Origin: Bispira polyomma
Taxonomy: Eukaryota
Direction of reading: 5' to 3'
DNA: 64,000 nt
Assembly: GCA_965649765.1 (NCBI GenBank)
Contig: OZ287752.1
Coordinates: 54,064,001-54,128,000 of the forward strand
The notes beneath the pieces were generated by a model. That model saw nothing but the letters and a program-made list of their open reading frames with translations. It ran no database searches and had not been told where the DNA came from. Numbering within the stretch: the stretch's first letter is position 1; each line of letters opens with the position of its first letter. Shown piece by piece: positions 12,676 to 24,950 of the stretch. A program made the translations under genes and the position numbers.

Positions 12676-13599
12676 GATGTCAAAGTTGTTTCAATCTTTG
12701 AATCCTATAATTAAGACAAACGCAGATTTTCTTCAGACTGATGTGTTGTATAGATTGTGAAGTTTGTTTTATACTTACTGCCAGACACTAGTTGTATTAT
12801 TGATATTTTAGCAAGAAATAAGTTTGAATAAAAGTAGACTAAATTTTAAGTTAATGCTGTGTTTGCAATGCTGTCTGAAGTGTTGATCAAAGTATTCCAC
12901 TTTAAAGCAATTGCCAACAAAAAAGTGTAAACTAGATTTCGTAATTTAGTTTATTTGTCGACCCTGTAAATTTGTCACATGCTGTTTTCCAGAGGATTTG
13001 GTGCATTAGATTTGCACTACATTCCTCTGCAATCTCCCCACCTAATTGTTTGTGTTTCATTATTTAACTGTGAAGTAATATCATTATATTTCTTTAGACT
13101 AATAAATAAAATATCCTAAGGAAATGTCATTATAAATATATTTCAGTGCTCTCAAAATGGACAGATATACAATAACACATATAAAAATGAATGAAACAGA
13201 ATTTGTGGATTATCTATTATTAAACATATGTCCTATCTTATGCAAGGGAAGTATGTCATGCATTAGCTCGATGGGGGACACATGACAATGATGTGTCAAT
13301 GTCCAGAACATCTGTTGCGTTACTGGGTGCCAAATTTTATTTTGTAAACATCAAATATATCTTTATACAAACAGTACAACAATTGGGACAGTTACAACAT
13401 TGAAAATAATTCTCCTTTCCTTTCTCTCCATATATACATAATGTTTAGAATTATAAGTTGAATTTTAATTAAATTTTTAAGTTGATGAATACATAGTTAG
13501 GCAAGCAGATAAGAAAATGTAATGTTTTGTAGATGGTTGGAAGTTTCAATTATATAAGAAATTCACAATCTGCAATATTCGGATTCAGTGCCTAATTGG

Positions 13600-16230
13600 G
13601 TTGTCAATATTATTGTCAGCCCCCTTTAGGAATACAGTTGATAAGATACTGTTGCTTTCTGCAACACAGCCGGCAACTACACCTCTACCCCAGGAGAGTG
13701 TTAGGAAGTGGGAAAGATCCATCAGGTAAGGCACATTCGTCGGCAATCACATCGCTGCCTATAATAGATGCATGTCTGTTTGAACGAAAGCCATACTACT
13801 GTGTGTAAATACATCAAATAATAAGAATCACTTGTGCAATTAGAAGCCATGCCAGGCTACACCAGAGTTTCTTCTGCTTTTATGGATAAGCACATCAAAG
13901 AACAGGATTTTAGAAAAGATATCTTGTATGTACTCCATTCAAGTGAGTCCATTCAACACCTAGCCGACGTGGTATTTGCAATTTCAGAAAACCTAATCGT
14001 ATGCAGAAGAGATTCTTACCTGACAGGCATCTGCCCCTGTACCTTTTCTAAGCTGAGGGAATGGACCATTTGATGGGACAGTCCTCTTTCAGGATGCCAC
14101 CATCAGTTATCGGAAATCCTCATAACAAGGCAGTTCACAGCTGCAGTACTGCTCTTTCAAGTCCTCCAAAGCTCAGCAGAGCAAATTATATTTTATCTGT
14201 ACACCAGGCTTATCCTGGAATTATCTTGCGGAATTTGTAAACAATTGGTTACATACAAACAGTATTTTAAATGTGGAACAAAAAAACCATGTGCATTCTA
14301 TAAAATATGTTCATGGTGCAAACCAGATTTAAAACCAATAAATGCCTCTTTAGATGTTGTAATTCATTTACTTACTGTAAATTTTAGAGAGACGGTCCCA
14401 CTGGAACCGGGAGAACAAAACCCAAAACCCCCAAAAATGTACTTTGTCCCTTACTCAAGTCTTACCCCATCTGTCCCTCCATGTTGGTGGTCACCTGCAG
14501 TATTTTTGAGAACAATGGCAGCTACTGGATGCTAGCCCCTGAGCAGTATATCTGATTCAGTCAGGCCACTCCTTTCCCTTTCAGAACAAACCCCAGCTGA
14601 CCGGTCACCACTCATAACCAGTGGGTATTCATATATTCTAATGAGCTGAGCTTTAAAAGACAGCAATCTAATCTAGTACGCAAACAAGCTTTTGGGAAAG
14701 TCTCCACCCTAAGCTCCCTCGGTTTTTACAATCACCTCTTCCTTGTACCAAAAAAATTAGTGTCCCATCATAGACATAAGCACTCTACTTAAAGGTAAAA
14801 AATTCCAAAATAGAAACCCTAAAGCCAAAGCTTTACCATTCAGTGGCACATAAATCTGGCATCCAATTACATCTGTTCCACGACGAATGGTTGATCCAGA
14901 CACTTTCCTGGCGCCTTTGCCACCAACAAATACAGATCATTGTTACTTTAGGCAACGTCTCCACAGGGTCGTTTATAGAGCAAAGTGGTCTGCTTTTGTC
15001 TGCTGATGTAACATACATAAGTTTGATTCCCTCTGTAAATCTCTAATTTCCTCCTCTATCTTTTCGAAGAGAGATAGCTACAGTCCGCCACCATAGCTGG
15101 CTACAAAACAGCCATCACTGATAAGTTGGGAAATGCTTCCCTTAATATCAGCAACAAGGACAAGAATCTCAACCGACTTCTAGATAGCTTTCATAGGGAC
15201 CGATCCAAAGGTAGAAGGTAGAAGGTAGAAAAATAGAATAAAATTGTATTAACATAGAATAATCAGTAGTGTATATATTGTACAGTTAACACAACTAATT
15301 ATATAATTAATATAAACTCCCAAAACTGTTATACTGTCGCGTTCATATGGACCGACCCAAAGGTAGAAGGGGTATCCGGGCTTGGAACCTCACTCTCAAG
15401 ACGTAGAAGTGACATCCATGCCTCTGTAAACGAAAACATCTGGCACCTACTTGATTGGTCCAGGGTCTCCATGTATCCCTAATCATCCTTTCTTCAAACT
15501 TGCCAAAGACGGATGAGGCAGCGTTGCTCCTGTGAAAATCCCATCTCTTACCCCCATTGGACCAGAGGACCAGTCCCTATGCCCTGGAGCCCCTTGCATT
15601 ACTATATAGACAAACAAGTTAATTAAGAACAGACAAGTAGTATGATTTTGTATCTTTCAAAAAGGGATTCAATAAAGATTTTACTTGTGCAACTACCTCC
15701 TCTTGATTAATAAAGCCATTGTTATGTGCTATAACTTATCCGTTAAAGAGACGTGCAATTTTTTACCAAATAAAGGCCCATGACGTCAGGGCTTTTGCAA
15801 CCTCCAAGATGTTCCAGATTGGTATGCACTTAGAACAAATACTCTCTGCCTGCCACAGACATTGGGTGGACTGAGAAAGACCATTTTCACATAGGCCAAG
15901 TGATTGCTGTCCCGCAGATCCACCACTAGACTATTACCCAAGCCTTAAAGGAACATAGCCCCACAATCTATGTTATCAAGACCTTACCACATACCTAGTA
16001 TGCTGTCCACCGGTAAACCGGTAAATACATATAAGTGTAATAAAATAGAAAATTAACTGGTGACTTACAGGGGAGTCCCACCCTACAAACCTCCGCTTTT
16101 ACACCAGTCTACTAGGGGAAATTAATTAATTATTAGGTGGACTGAAGTGATAAGTTGAGGAACATGTGACCAAGTTAGCATGTGGTAGTTTCACCTGGCG
16201 GGTGATTGGTGAACAAGTGCCAGTGCTAAC
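13600..16230 (+). mobile_element. Heavily decayed and deleted DIRS1-type YR retrotransposon
   Basis: Gag-like SIQHLADVVF..RRDSYL (13834-14070). RT remnants GFYNHLFLVPKK, PIID and GIQLHLFHDEWLIQ (YLDDWL-derived). YR remnants LLDSFHRD, AWNL, RRSDIHA and KAHDVRAFATS..LEQILSACH (15770-15860). Boundaries are approximate. Confidence 0.85.
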
Positions 16231-16381
16231 AGCAAATAGCTAATGTATATTACTATATTAGTTAATACAAATTCAATTTAATACTTTTTTTAATTTGTCT
16301 GTTAATATGTTAAAATGGTGGAATATATAGCAATTACTATATTCATTATTAAATTATTGTCTGTTAATATGTTAAAATGGT

Positions 16382-18377
16382 GGAATATATAGCAATTAGT
16401 ATATTTATTATTAAAGTAAATGATTATAAATTGTCTTAAGTTTTTAAACATACACATCTTGGCCAAGATTCTAATCCACAACATTTGGGATGGGGTGAGT
16501 GTGTTAGCACACGTCATGAGTGAAATAGGCTATTGAAACACATGTTATACTTGATGTATTTCATACAATGAAATGTGCCATATGGCAATGCGGTGTCAAC
16601 ATCTAGCACATCTGTTATGTATTCACTTTATGGACTGTATTGTTCAAAGGAGGATAGTAAGTCCTGGCTAAAGGTCAACAGGTGAACAGATGTGGAGTAA
16701 AATTTGAGGTAATGTCTGTCTGTTAATATGTTATTAAGATCAAATATATAGCAATTACTATATAATTATTAAAATAGATTATGACATGTACATTTTATGC
16801 GTCAAATAAAGAAGATCGTGTGTGAATCTGTGTATTGCATAGAATTTCTATATATGAAATGTGTACAATTTGATTTAGTAAGTTAAAGAAAGGTGTATGA
16901 CTGACACCAGGTAATAAATGAGAGATACAGGAGATTGAGCTTGGGACATAAAATAAAATAAAATTGTATTAACATAGAACAATCAGTAGTGTATATATTG
17001 TACAGTTAACACAACTAATTATATAATTAATATAAACTCCCAAAACTGTTATACTGTCGCGTTCATATGGACCGACCCAAAGGTAGAAGGGGTATCCCGG
17101 CTTGAAACCTCACTCTCAAAACGTAGAAGTGAGATCCATGCCTCTGTAAACAAAAACATCTGGCACTGGCTTGATTGGTCCAGGGTCTCGATGTATCCCT
17201 AATCATCCTTCCCAAAGCTGTTATACTGTCGTGTTCTTTTGTGTGTTGGTATTTACTATTTATAACTTTACTTTTGGACTTAGCTTTTTCCCCTTATATC
17301 ACTTAAGGTAACCTTAAATCATCTGACCCCATATAATTCTTGTTGTAAACTGTATATAGTTTGATTAACTCCACTTGGGGAATATATAGCAATTAGTATA
17401 TTTATTATTAAAGTAAATGGTTATAAATTGTCTTAAGTTTTTAAACATACACATCTTGGCCAAGATTCTAATCCACAACATTTGGGATGGGGTGAGTGTG
17501 TTAGCACACGTCATGAGTGAAATAGGCTATTGAAACACATGTTATACTTGATGTATTTCATACAATGAAATGTGCCATATGGCAATGCGGTGTCAACATC
17601 TAGCACATCTGTTATGTATTCACTTTATGGACTGTATTGTTCAAAGGAGGATAGTAAGTCCTGGCTAAAGGTCAACAGGTGAACAGATGTGGAGTAAAAT
17701 TTGAGGTAATGTCTGTCTGTTAATATGTTATTAAGATCAAATATATAGCAATTACTATATAATTATTAAAATAGATTATGACATGTACATTTTATGCGTC
17801 AAATAAAGAAGATCGTGTGTGAATCTGTGTATTGCATAGAATTTCTATATATGAAATGTGTACAATTTGATTTAGTAAGTTAAAGAAAGGTGTATGACTG
17901 ACACCAGGTAATAAATGAGAGATACAGGAGATTGAGCTTGGGACATAAAATAAAATAAAATTGTATTAACATAGAATAATCAGTAGTGTATATATTGTAC
18001 AGTTAACACAACTAATTATATAATTAAAATAAACTCCCAAAACTGTTATTCTGTCGCGTTCATATGGACCGACCCAAAGGTAGAAGGGGTATCCCGGCTT
18101 GAAAACTCACTCTCAAAACGTAGAAGTGAGATCCATGCCTCTGTAAACGAAAACATCTGGCACCGGCTTGATTGGTCCAGGGCCTCTATGTATCCCTAAT
18201 CATCCTTCCCAAAGCTGTTATACTGTCGTGTTCTTTTGTGTGTTGGTATTTACTATTTATAACTTTACTTTTGGACTTAGCTTTTTCCCCTTATATCACT
18301 TAAGGTAACCTTAAATCATCTGACCCCATATAATTATTGTTGTAAACTGTATATAGTTTGATTAATTCCACTTGGGG
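16382..18377. repeat. Near-perfect tandem duplication, period 997 bp (16382-17378 / 17379-18377)
   Basis: Direct sequence identity with a handful of substitutions; short GGA microhomology at the junction. Confidence 0.95.
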
Positions 18378-18559
18378 ATAATGTTTGTACAACTCAGATG
18401 TTGTTTACACTAACTGTTGTGAGTAACGTTATCCTAGTTTGGGGTTCGGCTGGTTGGTATTCAAACTGCTTGTCTTCCCCAAATATAAAAACACTGAATC
18501 TTTAATACAACAATAGGTAAAATAAATAAAATCTAATGTAAAACCGGGTGTTACCTGTG

Positions 18560-19500
18560 CTTAGTACGACAGGGTACAGGTGTACTGTCATGCTTATATG
18601 TAAACCAGTAGGTAAACAGTTCTTAATTCTTTTAAATGTGGTGCCTTATATGATAACACATTTTTGTTTTTCACCAAAAAACTATATTATAATATACAAA
18701 CAGAAAACGTCATACAATTTACTTAATAGAGACAAAAACAGTAAGAAATACAAAATAACACATCAACAAAACATCACAAAAGCCCCCTTTTTGTACATAT
18801 TTACTATCATTTCTCCTCAGGGAAGTGAGGATAGCCAACCCCCAATCGAGGTCTTACAAAATATATTGTACACAGTGTGAGTCTTACTATATACTACATA
18901 AAAATGAGACTGGTACACCTTATTTTGCAGATTAACAATATTTACTATATAAATTCCATTTGAACACATAATAAAGGCTCAAATATATATTAATGCTATG
19001 AGTACCTTTCAGGCTAATTATTAATAAACCAGCAATATCAGGTTACAAAACTTTCTTGTTCCATAATATTATATTACATATTCCATTTCGTTAAAAAGGT
19101 TAGCAAACACTGACCATCTTATATGATAGCATTATGTAGCACATGCGACTTGATTAGTCCGTCATGCTTATATCTAGACCTGTTGGTAAATAGTTCTTAA
19201 TTCTTTTAAATGTGGTGTCTTATATGATGACATTATTGAACACATGATACTTGATTAGTACGATGGGGTGCAGGTGTACTGCCATGCTTATATATAAAGC
19301 TGTAGGTAAACAGTTATTAATTCTTTTAAATGTGGTGTGTTATATGATAACATTATGTAACACCTGATGCTTGAGTAGTACAATGGGGTGCAGGTGTCCT
19401 GCCATGCTTATATATAAAGCTGTAGGTAAACAGTTATTAATTCTTTTAAATGTGGTGTGTTATATGATAACATTATGTAAAACATGACACTTGATTTTAG
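18560..19500. repeat. ~120-bp repeat: one copy near 18560-18660 and three tandem copies at 19130-19500
   Basis: Recurring catgcttatat..gtaggtaaacagtt.ttaattcttttaaatgtggtg..ttatatgataaca. Confidence 0.9.
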
Positions 19501-19689
19501 TAACGTATCATGTGACTTATAATGTAATAGAGTTTTGTTGTAAATTAGCTTTTTACTGTAATGGTTTGATGTATATGATGATGTAATAATGGTATGATCA
19601 TGTGAATTCAGTATGGTGATCACATGGTCAAGGTGATTATACTTGTAGGGTAAAGTTTTAATTATTTTTTAAAATGGTTTTATAATATC

Positions 19690-19933
19690 TGGGCTACGGC
19701 ACCCTTCACCATGTGAAGCGTGAAAGGGAGTTGCGCCCCTTGCCGCTGGATGTTACGGGGTGGGTTAATACCCAATCTGGTTGCTTGCTGACTAACCAGC
19801 TGTTAACCCCCCTACCCTTACGACCTTGCTATGCCCACAGACTTTACGATTGGATCACTGATTCTGCTGTTGCGCTTTAGAAGATGCCTGGCATCAATAA
19901 AGTGCGTTAAAAATGCATAATAATAATAATAAT
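19690..19933 (+). mobile_element. Non-coding retroposon (probably a 5'-truncated SINE) with an L2-derived 3' tail and (TAA)n end
   Basis: The last ~110 nt (ccttacgacc..gctttagaagatgcctggcatcaataa..gttaaaaat(taa)n) match the tail of the L2 fragment at 37640-37762. The 5' part is GC-rich and non-coding. Confidence 0.7.
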
Positions 19934-21098
19934 ATCTTAGTTTCAGCACAAGTCAGGTTTGACTTATACGTCATTTACAAAGTGTGTTGTTTAATGCAAC
20001 AACAGCCTTAGAGTGTGTGTAACTCATAGTATTAAATGTGGAAAGTAGATTGATTATAACGAATGTTAACAGGCATTTAACGTGTTTATCTGGATTCAGA
20101 ATCTGGGACTTGATTGTCCAGTCTATAAATTATTGAGATTCATTTATTTCACACTGTGACCTTGTAGTTTAAAGTTCCAAGGGACTGGAGTGACTTAATT
20201 TAGGTTCGGGTATGGGATACTGGGTCATTATAATTCACAGTTTTGTCATTGACATTCATTCAATTCTGACAAGGACACCACCATTAAAAGGGGCGCCACC
20301 ATCCTTGAAATAATATGTAAGGCCTTCATGGGTTGGTTGGAAGGTCTGCTTGTTGCAGTTTAGAAGTTACTTGATTGTATTGTGTTTTATTAATAACTTG
20401 TATTGTTTAAGGCCTTTTTAAATTTCACATTCTTTGTTTACTTATTTCAGGGTGGTGTAAGTTAGGTTTTATGTTTTATTATTTACATTATGTACTCATA
20501 CACTTAAATTATATGTGCAGATTGCAGTGGGTCATGCTCTCAGGGAACGGTAGACCTAAAGTAGAAATTAAGGCCACCTTAGACCAAAGATTAAGGTCAC
20601 CTTACAGTTGTAAAAATTTGCGTAAACATTAAGGCCACCTTAGGCCATGGTTTAAGGCAACCTTTTATTATTGTCAAAAATTTGTCAAATAGTAGTTAAG
20701 TTAAGTTTAAGTACCGTTTAAGACTACAGTATAGACCTGTGATTAAGGTAAAATTAATTGTGTAACAAATGTGTATAAATACTAACTGACCTATTGTCAA
20801 GGTCAACTAAATGTTAAATGTCAATATAATCATATATCACCAGATGGAAATGTATATACATTCTAGTTTTAGATTTATTTTGTATAATAAACTCAGTATC
20901 CGGATGCAGGTCTTTCCATGTCTTGAGTTGGGTGTATAGAGGACTGTGGGATCCTAAACTCAGAATGCTCCCGGGTTTGCAAAAATTTCTCACACTGTGC
21001 GCCTGTGTCTTTTTTTAAAAGACAACTCTTGTTTCCATCTGATTTGGTAAATAATATGGGATATTTTAGTTAGTATTATAGTAACAGTACCCAACACA

Positions 21099-21214
21099 CC
21101 TCGCGTTGGCCGAGTGGTTAGCAAGCATTGCACTTCACAATCCCGTCGATACCTATGTGGGAAAGGTGGTAGTTCCTTACTGTGGGCCGTTGGTTTCAGT
21201 GCAGAACCTTGGTC
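21099..21214 (+). mobile_element. 5' half of a tRNA-derived SINE, interrupted by the Ngaro-type element
   Basis: Matches the reverse complement of the intact copy at 43115-43368 up to gaaccttg(g/a)tc, with an internal deletion in the head. Confidence 0.85.
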
Positions 21215-21387
21215 TAGTTCCCAAAGGTGAAGGTTAAAGTGGAGGAGAAGTTATGGTGAAAGCTAAGTGAGAACCAGAATAAGGTTTGAGGTATTTTATT
21301 CTGTACAGGTTAGTATATATGTACAGGGTAGGTAAAAGTATATTAAAATGTTATAAAATGAGATTTTTAATATGGGCCCAAACCCAA

Positions 21388-22364
21388 CTAAATGGAGGAA
21401 GGGACAATGGAGGAGAGAGTATTGGGAACAATAGAAGCAGCTTGGGAGGTGGATTGGAGGTAGGACCACACGGCAGAACTACGCCAAAGGCCATGGGCCA
21501 TAATATTTTGGAGGAAAACGTTATTATTAAAAGCTGCTGTAGCGCCAGACCTGCGAAAAGTATGGAAACCATGAATTAAAGGATCAATTCCAAGGTGGAG
21601 TAGGATTTGCCTAAGGGCAGATCTGACATGTGAATCAACAATGGGAAAATGAGGAGGTTATGAAACAACAAACAGTGGAGCAGAAGGGGGTAGGTCCCTA
21701 GAGAAAAGGTGTGCGGAAAGAGCCTGCACTGGACCTAGGTGAGGGACAGAGATGGAAGGAAGCTGTATAACATGTGTAGAGGTCCTATCCTGCATATTCT
21801 TGGCCCACTTAATAATAAAGTGGGCTCCAGGGGAACCAAAGACCACATCCTGTATAAGAATATGTCTGGTGGGATCAAACTTGGCCCTAGAGTGGGGAGC
21901 AATATTGGACAATCTTAAAAAGCCATAGAAGGCCACAACAAAAATGGATCTAAAAAGAATGGGGTCCTGTGATATATGACAGGCCTGAGAAATGAAGGAC
22001 AAGTGTTTGATGGAGATTAACCCTTTGGGGGAGGGCCTGAAGTGAGAGTTGTGTACCAAATTACGAATAAACAGAGAGATGGAATTGTGATGGAAAATAT
22101 CTGGGAGGATATTAAACTTCTGGGTCATGAACCTTAAAGCAGCCAGGTAGTTTTTAATAACTTTAGGGGAGGGGCCATTCTGGGCCAAGTACTCCAAAAA
22201 GGCCAAAATGGAGTGAATAGAAATATGGTGCATGTTACCATAATGCAGAAAAGAAAGAAATGTTCTAAACTGCGAAGTATATGCTGCAGTGGTGGAAGGT
22301 CTGAGAGCTGTGTGGATTCTCCTGATGGCAGCATCCCCCAGAGCCAATGATGCTTGTGTGGAAC
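21388..22364 (-). pseudogene. Tyrosine recombinase ORF of the Ngaro-type element (one premature stop at 21660-21658, no in-frame ATG at its start)
   Basis: Catalytic motifs FLRLSN (R), IKWAKN (K), FHTFRRSGA (HxxR), HGLW and WSY (Y) are all in one frame across the single TAA. Confidence 0.92.
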
Positions 22365-22370
22365 CTGTAA

Positions 22371-24692
22371 TCAGATATTAAAATCTAAATTATGATAGTG
22401 TAAGGGGGCATCTCTACGTGTGTGCTTGCTAAGAGCCAACATGATTTGTGGATCAGGAGGATGTGTGGGATATACACGTGACAACGTGTCAGCGTATATA
22501 TTATCCTTGCTTGGAATGTGTTGAACTTTTATAGTAATATCATAAATAGAGCAAATGAGCCAAATATTGCGTATACACGTAGCTAAGAATGGGTCCTTAG
22601 TCTTGCCGGTCATTACGACCAAGACAACTGCCAGGTTGTCGTAATTAAAAGTAACCTTATGGTGAGCCCAGGATTCCCCCCAATCTCCAGCTGTGTAATG
22701 GCCAATCTTTGACCAAAAATGTTAATAACAGGTGTGAAATAAATTTCCTGGCCGCATAGGGCCCCATACCTGTGAGACAGGCGTCAAGATGAAGCTCATG
22801 TGAGAAATCGATATCCTTAGCGTTAAAATTGGTAATACCATTGTAAGCAAGTAAGAAGTGAATAAACCAATCAAGGTCATATTTCATATTATCAGTGACC
22901 TTAAACCTCTTGGAGTTAGGGGAAGCTCTAAGAATGGAAAGAAGCCTGTTAATAAAGCACCTAGCAGGTTTAACACACTTGTGGATATAAAGGAGTTTTC
23001 CTAAGAGTGACTGTAATCTAGTACGGGATAACCAGTTCTTACTACTCTATGCACTCTACGTGTATTTGGTCAATTTTTTCTTGTGTGATACTTATGGTAG
23101 GGAGGAGAAATTTTACTGGGGTTCATGAGGAGACCTAGATCGTCTAATAGACTACATAATTTTTCAAAACCTACCTTGGCCTTGACCTTAGTACATATGC
23201 AAAGGTAGTCATCAATGTAGCAATGGAGTTTAAAACCTAAACTAAGCATGTGGTCTGCAATAATATCAGAGCATCTCTGAAAGGCAGCACTACCGAAAGC
23301 CCACCCAAAGGCAACCGCAGGATCAAGGTAGTATTTTCCATCCCACTTCATACCAAATTTGAGGGCGTCGACAGGGTCGACACGGAGGTTACAAAAGGCC
23401 CTGGAAACGTCCACCCTGAAGGCCACCGGGTCTATGGTATTATTGATGGCATCTGTAACATTGTCAATATTTGGAAATTTAAGTGAAAATTCAGTACCGT
23501 CAAATTGGTCAAGTACATGGTCCTTAATTGAGGTGCCCTGCGGGTGTGAAAGGTTAAGTATTACCCGTCTATCTGTAATATCCTTAGGGGTGGTGAGTAA
23601 GGGAGAACAGTGGTAATGTGGGTTTGCTAAGTTGGAAACAGGGCCTAACATAGCACCCTTACTTTTTTCTTTGTTAAGATACTTGTTAACTGCATCAGGA
23701 TACTGTATCGCAAAGAGATGATTAGTTATATCTGTGCAATTTAACTCAAAGGATTTTCTTAAGGAGAGGGGAAATCGAAACTTTAAATACTGACAAATAA
23801 GTTGGTCAGGATGGTTATGTGTAATAAGTTTCCAAGCCGGGATATTCAGGCCACAGCTAATGGGAATATGAGCTTGAGCATAATTAGGTAAACCTGTGGA
23901 TCTTATGGTGTCAGCAATGAAACACATATCATTAATTGAATTAATAGCCACAAAATCTTTATCAGGGCCAATGAACTGAAATTTTGTATCAGATTTGCTT
24001 AAGAAGCCAACAGATTTTCTGGGAAACAACCAGGTCTCTAGTGTTATTTTTCGAAGAAGACGATTAGCTATGACTAAGCTGCCCAGCTCTTCACAGCCAT
24101 CGGAGACAATATCGGAACGCCGCATGATTCTAGCCTGAGTAAGTTTATTAACAGAATATTCATTACTGGCAGTACTATCAATCATGATGTCATCTGCCTT
24201 GATGATGCCATCAATGATTTCCTGCATGTAAACGGTGTAATCATATCCCCGTACCCACAGGGAATTAACATCTTTTGAATAGTTTTCATGAGCTAATTTA
24301 GCAGAGTTGTTTTGAAATTCATTGAGTTGTTGAAAATTCAAAAAGTTATAATCAATCATTATCCTAGATTGGAACATATAGGAACCGCCGAAAGGAAAGC
24401 TAGGTATGTCCCCAAAGGGAACATAACTGATGTTGTCCCTATAACAATTTTGACAATAAAAACCTGAGGCACTGGTGTAGTAAGGAAAATCCAAAAATAC
24501 AACAGTGTGATGCCCACAATTATCGACATATAAGAAATCTAAGACAGAGATACTGCAGGCCATATTCCAATAATCAACATATAAGGGGGCACTGTTAACC
24601 AAAACAGACTGAATATCATTACCAGAATCATGATGACCCCAATTTTCGAGTACAGTATGAAATCCAAAATTTCTAAGACCAGCAGTATTCAT
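22371..24692 (-). pseudogene. Pol (long N-terminal extension, reverse transcriptase, RNase H), frameshifted near 23100 and 22750-22650
   Basis: HCSPLLT, RRVILNLS, VDVSRAF, AFGWAFGSAAFQR, YIDDY; then DLDWF, HLDACLTG and HIPSKDNIYADTLSR. Confidence 0.92.
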
Positions 24693-24950
24693 AGTCGAGG
24701 CCTTCTAACAATGAGGCAAAACATTATACAAATTATCATATGTAGCATTACATTGATTGTTAACAGAATGTTTATAGAATGTCTGGCTGCCTGTGCAGCT
24801 ATCTGCACGAACTCGTGTCTTAACTATATTACTATCAAAGTCACTGAAACAAGAGTCATTGCAATTTGAACTAACACTATTGATTTTACTTTCACAATTA
24901 ATTACACAACTTATACTGGCAGAGTCTGTCCTGAATCGTCGACCGCCATC

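Noticed and set aside
23250-23616. Plus-strand ORFs antisense to RT (and similar antisense ORFs at 21286, 25707, 30288, 30726)
   Set aside because: Shadow frames of transposon coding sequence with no independent motifs.
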